Source: a bacterium (GTDB lineage Bacteria > Zhuqueibacterota > Zhuqueibacteria > Residuimicrobiales > Krinioviventaceae). Taken from it: a DNA stretch of 64,000 nucleotides. The stretch covers positions 2,112,001 through 2,176,000 of the forward strand of contig OY843751.1 of NCBI GenBank assembly GCA_963693055.1, written 5' to 3'. Shown piece after piece: positions 23,115-34,106 of this stretch (its first letter is position 1; each line of letters opens with the position of its first letter). The notes beneath the pieces are model-generated. The model made no database searches and was not told where the DNA came from. It worked only from the letters and a program-made list of their open reading frames with translations. Made by a program: the position numbers and the translations under genes.

Positions 23115-24299
23115 ATGGAATTCAAACAACAGAGTTTTACGCTGAACGGTACCGGATTAGCCGAAAGATTAGCGTTTATAATTGGCGGGATTAGTATTGC
23201 ATTGTCTGCAGTAGCCTTTTGGGTTGATCCCGGTCAGTTTTACTTTTCATGGCTGGTTGCCTTTGTCTTTTGGACCAGTATTGCACTGGGTGGATTGTTT
23301 TTTACATTGATTCATCATTTGACCGGCGCTACTTGGAGTGTGGTTGTTCGTCGATTTTTTGAAGTTTTAATGACCAATATGCCTTTTTTACTTCTTATGG
23401 CAATACCTGTATTCCTGGGTATGCACGAGTTGTATCACTGGAGCCACGCTGATGCTGTCTCGCATGATCATTTGCTGCAACACAAAGCAGCATTTTTGAA
23501 TGTTCCTTTTTTTATCATCAGGACTTTGATTTATTTTGCAGTATGGATTGTTTTGACCACCCTGTTATACAGAATTTCGTTAAAGCAGGATGATGGTGCT
23601 TCATCTTTGATAATCAAAAAATTAAATAAAGTAAGTGCTCCTGGTGTTATTCTGTTTGCTTTTACAACGGCTTTTGCTGCTTTTGACTGGTTGATGAGTC
23701 TTGACCCGCATTGGTATTCAACAATCTTTGGTGTTTATTATTTTGCAGGTAGCGTAATGGCTGTTATGGCAGTACTCATCCTCATTGTTATGTATTTTAG
23801 AAAAAATGGTATTTTAACTGATGTTATTACACCTGAACATGATCATGACTTTGGCAAACTCTTGTTTACCTATATGGTGTTTTGGGCGTATATGGCTTTT
23901 TCTCAATATTTTTTAATCTGGTATGCCAATATACCTGAAGAAACTGTTTGGTTCATTCACAGATGGGAAGGATCATGGAAGCTAGCCAGTCAACTTTTAG
24001 TGTTGGGGCATTTTGTTGTACCCTTTTTAATATTAATGATCCGTGCTTCTAAACGAAGCAATTTGATACTTTCATTCATGGCTATCTGGTTATTGTTTAT
24101 GCACTGGCTTGATATGTATTGGTTAGCTGTACCTACATTGCATCCCCATGGTATGCAACTATCGTGGATCGATCTGGCAACCATGTTGGGAATTGGTGGT
24201 CTTTATATGGGATTGTTCTTTTATCGCTTGCGCAAGCATGCCATTTTGCCCATTGGAGATCCTAAATTAAATGATTCAATACATATGGTAAATCAATAG
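23115..24299 (+). CDS. actF: Alternative complex III membrane subunit ActF
   Basis: DWLMSLDPHWYSTIFG, QYFLIWYANIPEETVW. Confidence 0.92.
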   Translation: MEFKQQSFTLNGTGLAERLAFIIGGISIALSAVAFWVDPGQFYFSWLVAFVFWTSIALGGLFFTLIHHLTGATWSVVVRRFFEVLMTNMPFLLLMAIPVFLGMHELYHWSHADAVSHDHLLQHKAAFLNVPFFIIRTLIYFAVWIVLTTLLYRISLKQDDGASSLIIKKLNKVSAPGVILFAFTTAFAAFDWLMSLDPHWYSTIFGVYYFAGSVMAVMAVLILIVMYFRKNGILTDVITPEHDHDFGKLLFTYMVFWAYMAFSQYFLIWYANIPEETVWFIHRWEGSWKLASQLLVLGHFVVPFLILMIRASKRSNLILSFMAIWLLFMHWLDMYWLAVPTLHPHGMQLSWIDLATMLGIGGLYMGLFFYRLRKHAILPIGDPKLNDSIHMVNQ

Positions 24300-24311
24300 G
24301 AGCGCAAGGTA

Positions 24312-24650
24312 ATGTCTGAGCAGGAAAAAAACGGCATGACAGCTGAATATGAAACCTCTGATGTGAATATTAGGAATGTCTTTGTAACCGCCTTTGTTAT
24401 ACTGGTTGTTGTTGTTGTTGTTATTGTCGTGATGAATGAAATGTTCATATCATCAAAGGAAGAGCAGATTTATCAGTCGGTGTTGAGCATAGAATCACCG
24501 GAATTACGAGATCTGCACGCCCGGGAAGCCAGTACATTAAATTCGTACAAAATTCTGGATGCTGAAAAGGGTATCTATCAGATTCCCATTGAGCGTGCCA
24601 TGAAGTTAGAGGCTGAAGAGGCGTTTCAAAAGCAAATCAAAGATGGATAA
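24312..24650 (+). CDS. Small membrane protein of act/cox clusters (ActG-like)
   Basis: YETSDV, single TM helix, IPIERAM; position between actF and sco. Confidence 0.6.
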   Translation: MSEQEKNGMTAEYETSDVNIRNVFVTAFVILVVVVVVIVVMNEMFISSKEEQIYQSVLSIESPELRDLHAREASTLNSYKILDAEKGIYQIPIERAMKLEAEEAFQKQIKDG

Positions 24651-25465
24651 TGTGTAATAGATTTAAAGTTGTTTTTCTGTTTTCCTTATTGTTGTCAACC
24701 ATGATATTCGGACAGGTTGCTAATTACTCTCCCCCTGAACTGCAAAAAATTAATATAACCGAACATTCCGGCGAACAAATTCCTCTGGACCTTGAATTTA
24801 CTAATGATCTTGGTGATACCGTCAAATTGGCAAACTATTTCAACCAAGGCAAACCTGTTATTCTCATTTTGGCTTATTACAATTGCCCCATGTTGTGCAG
24901 TTTAGTTCTGAATGGGACTTCAGAAGTTGCTAAAGCTGTATCTTTGAATCCGGGGGAGGATTATACAATTTTAACTATAAGTATAGATCCATCAGAAACC
25001 TATCAGCTCGCAGCAGCAAAGAAAAAGAATTATGTTGCTTCACTTGGTGATAAGGCCAATGCAGATGGATGGATCTTTTTCGCCAGCCGTGAAGATCAGG
25101 TGAAAACATTGGCAGATGCTTTGGGCTTTGACTATTATTATGATAAAGAAAAAGAACAATATGCGCATCCGGCTGTTTTACATATTTTGACTGATAAAGG
25201 TATCATTTCAAGATACCTTTATGGTATTGAATTCAAACCCAATGACTATAAAATAAGTCTTTTAGAAGCATCACAGGGAAAAATTGGAAATTCTTTGGAC
25301 AAAATTTTGTTATACTGTTTTCATTATGATCCCGAATCAAAGGGATATGTGGTAATGGCCAGTAATGTGATGCGGCTCGGAGGCGTTGCAACGGTTATCA
25401 TATTGGGGCTGTTTTTAGGTCTGCTTTGGACCAACAAGCGATTGGGAAAAGAAAAAAATATATAG
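24650..25465 (+). CDS. SCO family copper chaperone
   Basis: CPMLC, YAHPA, LLYCFHYDP. Confidence 0.9.
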   Translation: MCNRFKVVFLFSLLLSTMIFGQVANYSPPELQKINITEHSGEQIPLDLEFTNDLGDTVKLANYFNQGKPVILILAYYNCPMLCSLVLNGTSEVAKAVSLNPGEDYTILTISIDPSETYQLAAAKKKNYVASLGDKANADGWIFFASREDQVKTLADALGFDYYYDKEKEQYAHPAVLHILTDKGIISRYLYGIEFKPNDYKISLLEASQGKIGNSLDKILLYCFHYDPESKGYVVMASNVMRLGGVATVIILGLFLGLLWTNKRLGKEKNI

Positions 25466-25478
25466 GTGTTGATAAAAA

Positions 25479-26435
25479 ATGGAAAATGATACAACCGGAA
25501 CGTTATTTTTACCTCCACAAAGTTCTACGATTTCGGGCGATGTAGATGCTTTGTTTAATTTTGTGTTGTATGCTTCAATTGTATTTTTTTTACTTGTTGT
25601 TTTATTGTCCTTGTTCTTTGTGCTGCGATATAGACGTCGCGGACAACTAACATTGTCTACCGGTCCATCTCATAACACAAAGCTTGAAATTGTTTGGACT
25701 TTAATACCGCTTGTATTAGTTTTTATTGTTTTTTTCTGGGGATTTAAAACCTTTTTGAAAATGCACATTGTACCTCAAGATGCTATTGATATCAAAGTCA
25801 CTGCGCAAAAATGGTTCTGGACTTTTGATTATACCAAAGCGGGTGTAAATAGTTTGAACGAGCTAGTGGTTCCCGTAGATCAACCGGTCCAGTTGACCAT
25901 GTCGTCTACCGATGTGATTCACAGTTTTTATGTGCCCGGTTTCCGCGTTAAAATGGATGTACTGCCAAACCGATATTCGGTAACCTGGTTCCAGGCAAAC
26001 CATACCGGAGAGTTTGACTTGTTCTGTGCTGAATATTGTGGAACCTCGCATTCGGATATGATCGGCAAGGTAAGGGTTTTAAATGAACGTGAATATAATG
26101 AATGGCTCGAGCAGCAATCGATGGGTGGCGATGATATGCCCTTGCCAGAATTGGGAGCTAAGCTGTTTTCATCCAAAGCATGTATAACCTGTCATACTGT
26201 TGATGGAATCCCCAAGGTTGGTCCGAGCTTTAAAGGACGATTTGGAAGCAAACAGCCTATGGATGATGGCCAGCAAGTACTGATTGACGAAAATTTTGTT
26301 CGTGAATCAATATTGAGTCCTATGGCACATGTTGCACAAGGATTTCAACCGGTTATGCCATCTTATCAGGGATTATTAAAAGAGCGTGAAATTGACGCGC
26401 TAATAGAGTATATGAAATCATTGCAGGAAGAGTAG
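25479..26435 (+). CDS. coxB: Cytochrome c oxidase subunit II with fused cytochrome c (caa3 type)
   Basis: DVIHSF, CuA motif CAEYCGTSHSDM, C-terminal CITCH. Confidence 0.96.
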   Translation: MENDTTGTLFLPPQSSTISGDVDALFNFVLYASIVFFLLVVLLSLFFVLRYRRRGQLTLSTGPSHNTKLEIVWTLIPLVLVFIVFFWGFKTFLKMHIVPQDAIDIKVTAQKWFWTFDYTKAGVNSLNELVVPVDQPVQLTMSSTDVIHSFYVPGFRVKMDVLPNRYSVTWFQANHTGEFDLFCAEYCGTSHSDMIGKVRVLNEREYNEWLEQQSMGGDDMPLPELGAKLFSSKACITCHTVDGIPKVGPSFKGRFGSKQPMDDGQQVLIDENFVRESILSPMAHVAQGFQPVMPSYQGLLKEREIDALIEYMKSLQEE

Positions 26436-26438
26436 AGA

Positions 26439-28040
26439 ATGAGTGAAACATATGAAAGTTATTTAACTTATCCCAAAGGGATCAAGTCGTGGCTCTATAC
26501 ACTGGATCATAAACGAATTGGGTTAATGTATCTGTTTGCTGTCATGTTTTTCTTTTTTATAGGCGGAGTATTTGCAATTCTCATCCGTCTTGAATTGCTT
26601 ACCCCTGCTGAAACCATTGTTGATGCAGATACATATAACCAGTTTTTTACTTTGCACGGCGCTATAATGATTTTTCTTTTCATTATACCGGCAATTCCCG
26701 CTGCACTGGGAAATTTTGTATTGCCCTTGATGCTTGGCGCCAAAGATGTCGCCTTTCCTAAATTGAATCTTGCGTCATTTTATGTATATGTATTCGGTTC
26801 TCTGTTTGCAATTTATTCTATAATTACCGGAGCAGTTGATACGGGATGGACTTTTTACACACCCTACTCTACGGAATCCACAACATCCGTGATCTCGATG
26901 ACATTGGGTGTCTTTATTCTTGGATTCTCTTCAATATTTACCGGTATCAACTTTATTGTTACCGTACATAAATTACGTGCCCCGGGTATGACCTGGTTTA
27001 ATCAACCTTTGTTTATATGGGGACTGTATGCAACAGCTATTATTCAGGTTTTGGCCACCCCTGTATTAGCCATTACTTTGGTATTGCTGATCCTTGAACG
27101 GACATTGGGAATTGGTATTTTTGATCCGGCAATGGGTGGTGACCCGGTATTGTATCAGCATTTTTTCTGGTTCTACTCACATCCGGCAGTATATATTATG
27201 ATTTTGCCCGGTATGGGAATTATCAGTGAGACCATAACCGTCTTTTCACGTAAAAAGATTTTTGGCTATAAAGCCATTGCTTTTTCCAGTCTGGCAATTG
27301 CATTTGTCAGTTTTCTGGTATGGGGACATCATATGTTCACCAGCGGTCAGTCAGAGATTGCCGCAATGATCTTTTCTTTTCTCACTTTTCTTGTGGGAAT
27401 TCCTTCAGGTATTAAAACTTTTAACTGGTTGGCAACCATGTATAAAGGACAGATTTCTCTCGAAGCACCCATGATCTATACCCTGAGCTTTCTGTTTCTG
27501 TTCACAATTGGCGGTTTAACAGGGATCTTTTTAGGTGCGCTTGCTTTGGATGTGCATCTGCATGACACCTATTTTGTGGTTGCTCACTTTCACTATGTTA
27601 TGGTAGGGGGTACAGTAATGGCTTTCCTTGCCGGTCTGCATTATTGGTGGCCCAAAATCTGGGGAAGAATGTACAATGAACGATTGGCACAAATTTCTGC
27701 GTTTCTGGTTTTTATCGGTTTCAATGTAACCTTTTTTACACAGTTTATTCTGGGCACTCGGGGAATGCCGCGCCGATATTACAATTACCTCGATCAATAC
27801 CAGCCATTACATGCATTCTCCTCATTTGGTTCGTGGATTATGGCCGCTGGATTTTTGCTAATGGGATATTACATGATCCATTCATTATTCAAAGGAAAAA
27901 AGGCGGGGAAAAATCCATGGGGTGCTTTAACTCTAGAATGGACAACACCTTCACCGCCGCCTCATCACAATTTTGATGAAATTCCCAAAATTGAACACGG
28001 CCCGTATGATTATGATAAAATTCTTGTAGAAAGGGATTAG
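26439..28040 (+). CDS. coxA: Cytochrome c oxidase subunit I, A2 type
   Basis: [16 protein letters not shown] (YS motif of A2), [23 protein letters not shown]. Confidence 0.98.
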   Translation: MSETYESYLTYPKGIKSWLYTLDHKRIGLMYLFAVMFFFFIGGVFAILIRLELLTPAETIVDADTYNQFFTLHGAIMIFLFIIPAIPAALGNFVLPLMLGAKDVAFPKLNLASFYVYVFGSLFAIYSIITGAVDTGWTFYTPYSTESTTSVISMTLGVFILGFSSIFTGINFIVTVHKLRAPGMTWFNQPLFIWGLYATAIIQVLATPVLAITLVLLILERTLGIGIFDPAMGGDPVLYQHFFWFYSHPAVYIMILPGMGIISETITVFSRKKIFGYKAIAFSSLAIAFVSFLVWGHHMFTSGQSEIAAMIFSFLTFLVGIPSGIKTFNWLATMYKGQISLEAPMIYTLSFLFLFTIGGLTGIFLGALALDVHLHDTYFVVAHFHYVMVGGTVMAFLAGLHYWWPKIWGRMYNERLAQISAFLVFIGFNVTFFTQFILGTRGMPRRYYNYLDQYQPLHAFSSFGSWIMAAGFLLMGYYMIHSLFKGKKAGKNPWGALTLEWTTPSPPPHHNFDEIPKIEHGPYDYDKILVERD

Positions 28041-28044
28041 CAAT

Positions 28045-28695
28045 ATGAGTGATCATACAGCTAACAGCCCCAATTTTCTTGCGCATCATTTTAGTACAGT
28101 TGAACAGCAAAGAGATTCTGCCAAACTGGGGATGTGGATATTCCTTTTAACAGAGATTTTGCTATTTGGTGGTTTGTTTTGTGCCTATTCTGTGTACAGG
28201 GCCTGGCACCCGGATATGTTTTATAACGCGCACAAGTTTTTAAATGTACAATTGGGAACTTTGAATACAGTTGTGCTCATTACAAGTTCATTAACCATGG
28301 CGCTATCTATTCGTTTTATTCAGGTTAATGATAAAAAGAAAGCCATTTTGTTTTTGATTTCAACTTTGGTTTTTGCAAGTGTATTTCTGATTGTCAAGTA
28401 TTTCGAATACAGTCATAAATTTCATTTGGGACAGCTTCCAGGTAAATATTATACTTTTACCGGAGTAGAAGGTAGCAATCCTCATATATTTTTCAGTATC
28501 TATTTTGTCATGACTGGTTTACATGGTATACATATCATAGCGGGTATTATTGTGCTGGTGTGGGTATTGGTAAAAATGATCAATAATAACTTTTCGGCAG
28601 AATACTATACACCTGTTGAAATGGCAGGCCTTTACTGGCATTTGGTTGATCTGGTATGGATTTATCTGTTTCCGTTATTATATTTAATTGGGTAA
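28045..28695 (+). CDS. coxC: Cytochrome c oxidase subunit III
   Basis: GMWIFLLTEILLF, TGLHGIH, YWHLVDLVW. Confidence 0.95.
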   Translation: MSDHTANSPNFLAHHFSTVEQQRDSAKLGMWIFLLTEILLFGGLFCAYSVYRAWHPDMFYNAHKFLNVQLGTLNTVVLITSSLTMALSIRFIQVNDKKKAILFLISTLVFASVFLIVKYFEYSHKFHLGQLPGKYYTFTGVEGSNPHIFFSIYFVMTGLHGIHIIAGIIVLVWVLVKMINNNFSAEYYTPVEMAGLYWHLVDLVWIYLFPLLYLIG

Positions 28696-28700
28696 AGCAT

Positions 28701-29081
28701 ATGAGTGAAAAACATAAAGAACATATTCTGCCTATAAAAGTATATCTTGGTGTGGCAGCAGCATTAATGGTTCTTACGGTTATTACAGTTGCGGTTTCAT
28801 TTGTTGATCTTGGCGGGTGGAACGCGGTTGTGGCTGTGGGAATAGCAACCTTTAAAGCTCTTTTGGTAGCTTTTTTCTTTATGCATTTGTTATACGATAA
28901 AAAAATCAATTTATTTGTTTTTTCAATATCACTGATAATGGTGGGTGTCTTTATAACGCTAACAATGTTTGATACACTTCGCCGGGCAGATTTGTATGAT
29001 ATTACCGATGGTCCTATCAACAAGAATGCCAAGATGTATGAAAATATGCCGGTCGATTCAACAGCGGGAGAACACCATTAA
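28701..29081 (+). CDS. coxD: Cytochrome c oxidase subunit IV
   Basis: LTVITV...IATFKALLVAFFFMHLLYD. Confidence 0.9.
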   Translation: MSEKHKEHILPIKVYLGVAAALMVLTVITVAVSFVDLGGWNAVVAVGIATFKALLVAFFFMHLLYDKKINLFVFSISLIMVGVFITLTMFDTLRRADLYDITDGPINKNAKMYENMPVDSTAGEHH

Positions 29082-29107
29082 TAACGCATAAAATAGAGGG
29101 AGGTCAC

Positions 29108-30046
29108 GTGCGTGCGTTTAAAAGATTTTCATTAATATCCATCTTTTTCACCTATCTGGTTATCTTTATTGGTGGTTTAGTTCGTGTTTCTGGCGCAGGG
29201 CTAGGATGTCCTGATTGGCCCAAATGTTTTGGGAACTGGATTCCTCCTCTGCACATTAGTCAGGTTCCACCAGAGTTTAATCCTTTAACATTCAATATCA
29301 CATTGGCCTGGATTGAATATATCAATCGTTTGGTTGGTATGACTGTTGGTCTGTTGATTGCAATAACGGCTGTTTTGGCAATTATCCATTTTCGGAAAAA
29401 TAAAAGCATTCTTTACCCATCCATCGCAGCTGCGTTATTGGTTGCATATCAGGGGTGGCAGGGAAGCCAGGTGGTTGCATCCGAGTTGGCGCCCATGATC
29501 GTTACGGTTCATATGGTTGTTGCTTTTATTATAATCAGCTTGTTGATCTATGTTTACATGCAAGCGCACTTTATCTGCAATCCGGATGAGGTCAAACGAG
29601 CAAAATATCTCAATGGCATACACTGGGGGGTAGCATTGGTTTGGTTGATTTCAATTGTACAGGTGCTTTTGGGTACCCAGGTACGAGGTGCACTGGAACA
29701 GGCAAAAGAACAGTTTCCGCTTGATAAAGCAACAGAGTGGCTGGCGCAAATTGGTGGCATTGATGATTTGCATATGACGTTGGGAGGAATGGTTGCTTTT
29801 GGTGCCTGGATTTTGGGTTTTGCAATTTTAAAGTTCTCAAAAAATGCCCCCTTGCTGGTTAAACAAACTGCCTGGGCAATGATTGTTATTTTATTATTTC
29901 AGATTGTTTTGGGACTAGCCCTGGTAATGGCGGGTTTGCCTTCTCTGTTGCAATTGTTCCATTTGTGGTTAGCAAGTTTGTTGATTGGAGCACTATTGAT
30001 TTTATATACGACTATACGAAAAGGGGAGGGACAATTGAATGGATAA
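29108..30046 (+). CDS. ctaA: Heme A synthase (COX15/CtaA)
   Basis: GLGCPDWPKC, WIEYINRL, conserved His residues; GTG start behind GGAGG. Confidence 0.9.
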   Translation: MRAFKRFSLISIFFTYLVIFIGGLVRVSGAGLGCPDWPKCFGNWIPPLHISQVPPEFNPLTFNITLAWIEYINRLVGMTVGLLIAITAVLAIIHFRKNKSILYPSIAAALLVAYQGWQGSQVVASELAPMIVTVHMVVAFIIISLLIYVYMQAHFICNPDEVKRAKYLNGIHWGVALVWLISIVQVLLGTQVRGALEQAKEQFPLDKATEWLAQIGGIDDLHMTLGGMVAFGAWILGFAILKFSKNAPLLVKQTAWAMIVILLFQIVLGLALVMAGLPSLLQLFHLWLASLLIGALLILYTTIRKGEGQLNG

Positions 30047-30641
30047 TAGCAGCACACCCAAAGTGTTAATTTATGGCTTAATTTTACTCATGTTACTCGT
30101 CTTTATTGCTGCCTTTGCAATTGATAAAGCTAATAAATCAAGAGAAGAATTACCTGTACTTGGCAAGGTCACGGATTTTGGTTTTAAAACCAGTATGGGT
30201 GATTCTTTACATTCTTCACAGATTGCTGGACGTTTGTATTTATTGGATTTTATTTTTACCAATTGTAAAAATGCGTGTCCTGTCATGTCTTCCAAAATGG
30301 CCGAGTTGTACAAGTATTACGAACACACAGATAAAGTTGGTTTTATCTCTATAACTGTAGACCCGCATCGAGATACTCCCCAGGTTTTGCAGGATTATGG
30401 AAAATCACACGGAGTAACTGACGACAGGTGGACGTTTTTGCGAGGTCCCATTGATGAGGTTATACGGGTTTCTGAAAAAGTATTTATGCTTCCTGCCGAC
30501 AATCTACCCATGGGCCACAGTACAAAATTTGTATTGATAGATGAAAATGGTAATATTCGCGCGTATTATGATGCAATGACAGAAGGAATCTTGCCACTTG
30601 TTAAAACCCAGGTGAATGCACTGGGGAGGAAGCTGCCATGA
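30039..30641 (+). CDS. Second SCO family protein
   Basis: FTNCKNACP, SITVDPHRD, HSTKFVLID. Confidence 0.9.
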   Translation: MDNSSTPKVLIYGLILLMLLVFIAAFAIDKANKSREELPVLGKVTDFGFKTSMGDSLHSSQIAGRLYLLDFIFTNCKNACPVMSSKMAELYKYYEHTDKVGFISITVDPHRDTPQVLQDYGKSHGVTDDRWTFLRGPIDEVIRVSEKVFMLPADNLPMGHSTKFVLIDENGNIRAYYDAMTEGILPLVKTQVNALGRKLP

Positions 30642-31051
30642 CAATCAAGGATCTGCCAACACTTAATGCTTTGTTGAATTCGATTAGTGCAGTTTTTTTG
30701 TTATTTGGTTTTATAAATATTAAAAAAGGTCGTGCCGATGTACATAAAAAGTTTATGGTAGCGGCTTTGGTTACATCTGCTCTGTTTTTGACCTCTTATT
30801 TGATTTATCATGCACAGGTGGGTTCTAATCCTTATCCGCATTACGACTGGACACGTACTCTTTATTTTATTATTCTGGTGCCACATATTCTATTGGCTGC
30901 CATTATGACGCCATTCATTCTGTTTCTGGTGTTTTTTGCCTTTCGCCAAAAATTTGAAAAACATAAAAAACTGGCCAGGTGGATCTGGCCAGTTTGGATG
31001 TATGTATCTGTTAGTGGAGTGGTTGTTTATTTTATGTTATATGTTCTCTGA
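30638..31051 (+). CDS. DUF420 (CtaM-like) oxidase-assembly membrane protein
   Basis: LPTLNALLN, HKKFM, HKKLARW, YVSVSGVVVY. Confidence 0.85.
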   Translation: MTIKDLPTLNALLNSISAVFLLFGFINIKKGRADVHKKFMVAALVTSALFLTSYLIYHAQVGSNPYPHYDWTRTLYFIILVPHILLAAIMTPFILFLVFFAFRQKFEKHKKLARWIWPVWMYVSVSGVVVYFMLYVL

Positions 31052-31128
31052 TCTGCAAGGCATTTGTTTTAGGATTATTAAGGTTTTAAAATTTGTTGTT
31101 GTGTTTAGATAACAGCAAGGTGAATTCC

Positions 31129-32148
31129 ATGAAAATCAATGTAATTCGAAAAAATGATCATGTGTGGTTAGATATTGATGACCTGTATCCTCAAAAACCT
31201 CATCAGCCCAATACTGTTTTTAAAGCTTTTGCAATTACTTTAAAAACTCTGGGATCAACTCTTGATTACAGTACGCTGATGGCTGTTTCCGGAGCTGCAT
31301 TCCGATTTCAATTACATCCACAATGGTGCCCCAGTTCTCCTCATCCTGATTGTGGTTTCAACTGTACTCAAACTGTGTTAAAACAATTAGGACTTGAAGA
31401 GACAATACAGAATTTTAATTTAGAAAAAGCACAGAAAAACGATCTTGAGCAGGTTGTTTTCAAAAATATTGACGCGGGTAAACCGGTTGTTGCCAGCAGC
31501 TTTGAAGCTGGGTTGATTGTTGGGTATATTCAAAATCAAAATGATACAGCAGTTTTATTACGCGAACCTTATAGCAGCAAGGGAGGAGACGCTGATATAG
31601 TATCAACCCGCTTGCTTATGAAAATCCCTGGTTTATTAACTGTTTTTGATAAAATACCCCAATATAATCAGGATGAATTGTTTATTTCAACCTTGAAGCG
31701 GGCTGTTGAAATTGCTTATCATGAAAAAATTGACGAGTATTTTTGCGGCTTTGAAGCATTTGATAACTGGATCTCTGATCTGTTGAATGATAAAAAGATT
31801 AATGAATTAGTAAATGAATATGGTATTGCAGACTTGTGTAATGCGAATGCACATATTTATCATTCTCTGGTCGACGCACGTAAAAGTGCGGCAGAATATT
31901 TTAAAGATTTTTTAAATGATACCGGAACTAATAAACAGATCCATATCATGAATGCAGTTGCTTTATATGAAGAGATTGTCAAAATTTTGCGGAATGCTTT
32001 TCCCCATGTATTGTTGAAATGGCAAATAAAACAAGGCCAGGAATGGCGGCCAGTAATGCGCAAAGAACAAGCTGAAACACTGCAAACTGTTGTAGAGTTG
32101 GAGCATAAAGCCTTGTATGAAATTGAGCAAATAATTAAATATGTTTGA
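31129..32148 (+). CDS. Hypothetical protein (possibly BtrH/papain-like N-terminus)
   Basis: Long ORF; LMAVSGAAFRF...WCPSS, IDAGKPVV. Confidence 0.5.
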   Translation: MKINVIRKNDHVWLDIDDLYPQKPHQPNTVFKAFAITLKTLGSTLDYSTLMAVSGAAFRFQLHPQWCPSSPHPDCGFNCTQTVLKQLGLEETIQNFNLEKAQKNDLEQVVFKNIDAGKPVVASSFEAGLIVGYIQNQNDTAVLLREPYSSKGGDADIVSTRLLMKIPGLLTVFDKIPQYNQDELFISTLKRAVEIAYHEKIDEYFCGFEAFDNWISDLLNDKKINELVNEYGIADLCNANAHIYHSLVDARKSAAEYFKDFLNDTGTNKQIHIMNAVALYEEIVKILRNAFPHVLLKWQIKQGQEWRPVMRKEQAETLQTVVELEHKALYEIEQIIKYV

Positions 32149-32168
32149 GTATTAATGGTTGGTAAATT

Positions 32169-32570
32169 ATGCAATCACCCGTATTAGAGTCTATTTTTGA
32201 GCGGTGTAAATATGATGCACCTGTAGATCCCGATAAACGGGATATTTGTTTTGACGGTATATTATGTTTGCTGTTGAGTGAGGGGTTAACATCTCTGTTT
32301 GCTCAGTTGAAAAAGTGGCAGGGGAAAAATAAAGGATTGATACAATCCGGTAGAAAAGAGATTGAAAATGGATTAATGCAATATGCCTTGCTTAAAAACC
32401 TTGAAGTTGAAAAATCAAAAAGAATAGCAAACCTTATTTCTCGCTACATTACCGTCGAAAATTTGGATTCAATTATTTTAGAAATTGAACAAATGAATCC
32501 ATTATCCTGCAAAGAAAAGTATAATGTAGAGCAGGACTGTAAAAACGAACCAGGGGAGAATGTTTATTAA
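32169..32570 (+). CDS. Hypothetical protein
   Basis: 133-aa ORF co-oriented with the upstream gene. Confidence 0.45.
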   Translation: MQSPVLESIFERCKYDAPVDPDKRDICFDGILCLLLSEGLTSLFAQLKKWQGKNKGLIQSGRKEIENGLMQYALLKNLEVEKSKRIANLISRYITVENLDSIILEIEQMNPLSCKEKYNVEQDCKNEPGENVY

Positions 32571-33721
32571 TGCTTTTTCTTGCGTTTGATTCGCCAATAA
32601 AGGAATGCTATAATCAATCCTAAGCCAGCTATTCTTTGCAACCAGGTAAAAGTCCAGTTTATTTGAAATGTATTTTTAAAATCAGGTGATGAATCATATC
32701 GATATACAGGATTGAGATACATCCGTGTTTTACCGTTCAATATCTCTGTTCTTATATAGGTGTCATCAGGTTTTAATAGATAACTTGCCTGCTTTATGTT
32801 TTCTGTTACTTGTTTTTCTATACCATTTTGTCCAATAAAACGAATTGCATCTGCAGTATCTGTACAGGTGATTTTCAAAGTGTCGCCGTTAATGGATACA
32901 GCCGAAAGAAAATTCTTGTTTTCTGCGTTACGTCCCACTACGCCATACATATGCCCGGATTTTAATGCTGATAATATCTCTTTATTGCTTTTGTCCGGTG
33001 CGTTAATCATAGTCCAAATAACCCCGGTTTGGTTAGGATCGCTGATCTTGTGTGAATCATCATCGCCAATGAGCCACGCACGTTTTCCGGCAGACAAGGC
33101 GGCATCCCACACATTACTTGAATTTCGATAATGGTTCAATACCTCAAGGGCATCGTAATTGGATAATATTCGTGCATTTTCAGGAGTTATGCTGTTTCTC
33201 AAGCGTGGATGCGCAAGTAATAAAAAAGGTGTCTGCGGACGTAGTATATTGATCATGTTTTGCATATTGCTATGGCTTTGCCACAAAAGATAATCACGCC
33301 ATTCAACTTTTTCAGCACCAATCATTACATGGTGTCGCTTATATGCATTGTAACCATGCTCATAAACAGGAAGAACGTTTGTGTTAATGTTTTTAAAACG
33401 ATTGATTTTTTGATAATCTGAAATGGTTATAATATCATAACCTAATTCTTTGTATTTATTATATATGGCGTCTGTAGCATCTTTACCGTCAGTTGTGCCG
33501 GCCCAAACATTTGACTGGACCTGAAAATTGGCTTTATACCAGTTTGGTGCCAGTGATTTGTACGGATTAAACCAGTTGGGGCCGCTAAAGGGAGTAGGTT
33601 CTTGAAAATTATAGACCGGGCACCATAGGTACAAAATTCCATTAAATATTAAAACTAAAAGTAATATCCAACCAATTGGCAGAAAGATATATTTCAATAA
33701 TCGTAATAAAAATCTCATCAT
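32567..33721 (-). CDS. Membrane-anchored PHP-domain (metallo-phosphoesterase-like) protein
   Basis: KANFQVQS, ISDYQ, YEHG, AHP, LEVLN, DDSH motifs; TM helices at both ends. Confidence 0.7.
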   Translation of the reverse strand: MMRFLLRLLKYIFLPIGWILLLVLIFNGILYLWCPVYNFQEPTPFSGPNWFNPYKSLAPNWYKANFQVQSNVWAGTTDGKDATDAIYNKYKELGYDIITISDYQKINRFKNINTNVLPVYEHGYNAYKRHHVMIGAEKVEWRDYLLWQSHSNMQNMINILRPQTPFLLLAHPRLRNSITPENARILSNYDALEVLNHYRNSSNVWDAALSAGKRAWLIGDDDSHKISDPNQTGVIWTMINAPDKSNKEILSALKSGHMYGVVGRNAENKNFLSAVSINGDTLKITCTDTADAIRFIGQNGIEKQVTENIKQASYLLKPDDTYIRTEILNGKTRMYLNPVYRYDSSPDFKNTFQINWTFTWLQRIAGLGLIIAFLYWRIKRKKKH

Positions 33722-34106
33722 GTCCTCAATTGTGTAGTAGAAGTTACAAATAATTAACCAGCATGAAAAGGATATTATTTCTTATTTATTGCTGTTTTCA
33801 TGAATTTGAACGATTTTGTGTTAATGGATTGAATGAATTTTACAACTTGAATTTAACTGTTAAAAAAAATCGTACTTTCGGCATATCTCTATTAATCCTA
33901 TTAAAACACTCAACTTTTTTCAAAATTTGATAACATATTTATTTCTTCTTTTAAGTATTGGATTTACATTGAAAAAATATTATTTTAGTCATGAAAAGAA
34001 ATAATGCAATCGAAAAAAATTTTTTTAATGAACTTTATGTTCATTAAATAACATATTTATTATCAATTCATATAAAACTGGTAAATTTTAATTAAAAAGA
34101 AATGAT

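Noticed and set aside
24404-24432. (GTT)n microsatellite
   Set aside because: Encodes the poly-Val TM helix; an in-frame triplet repeat with no sign of phase variation.
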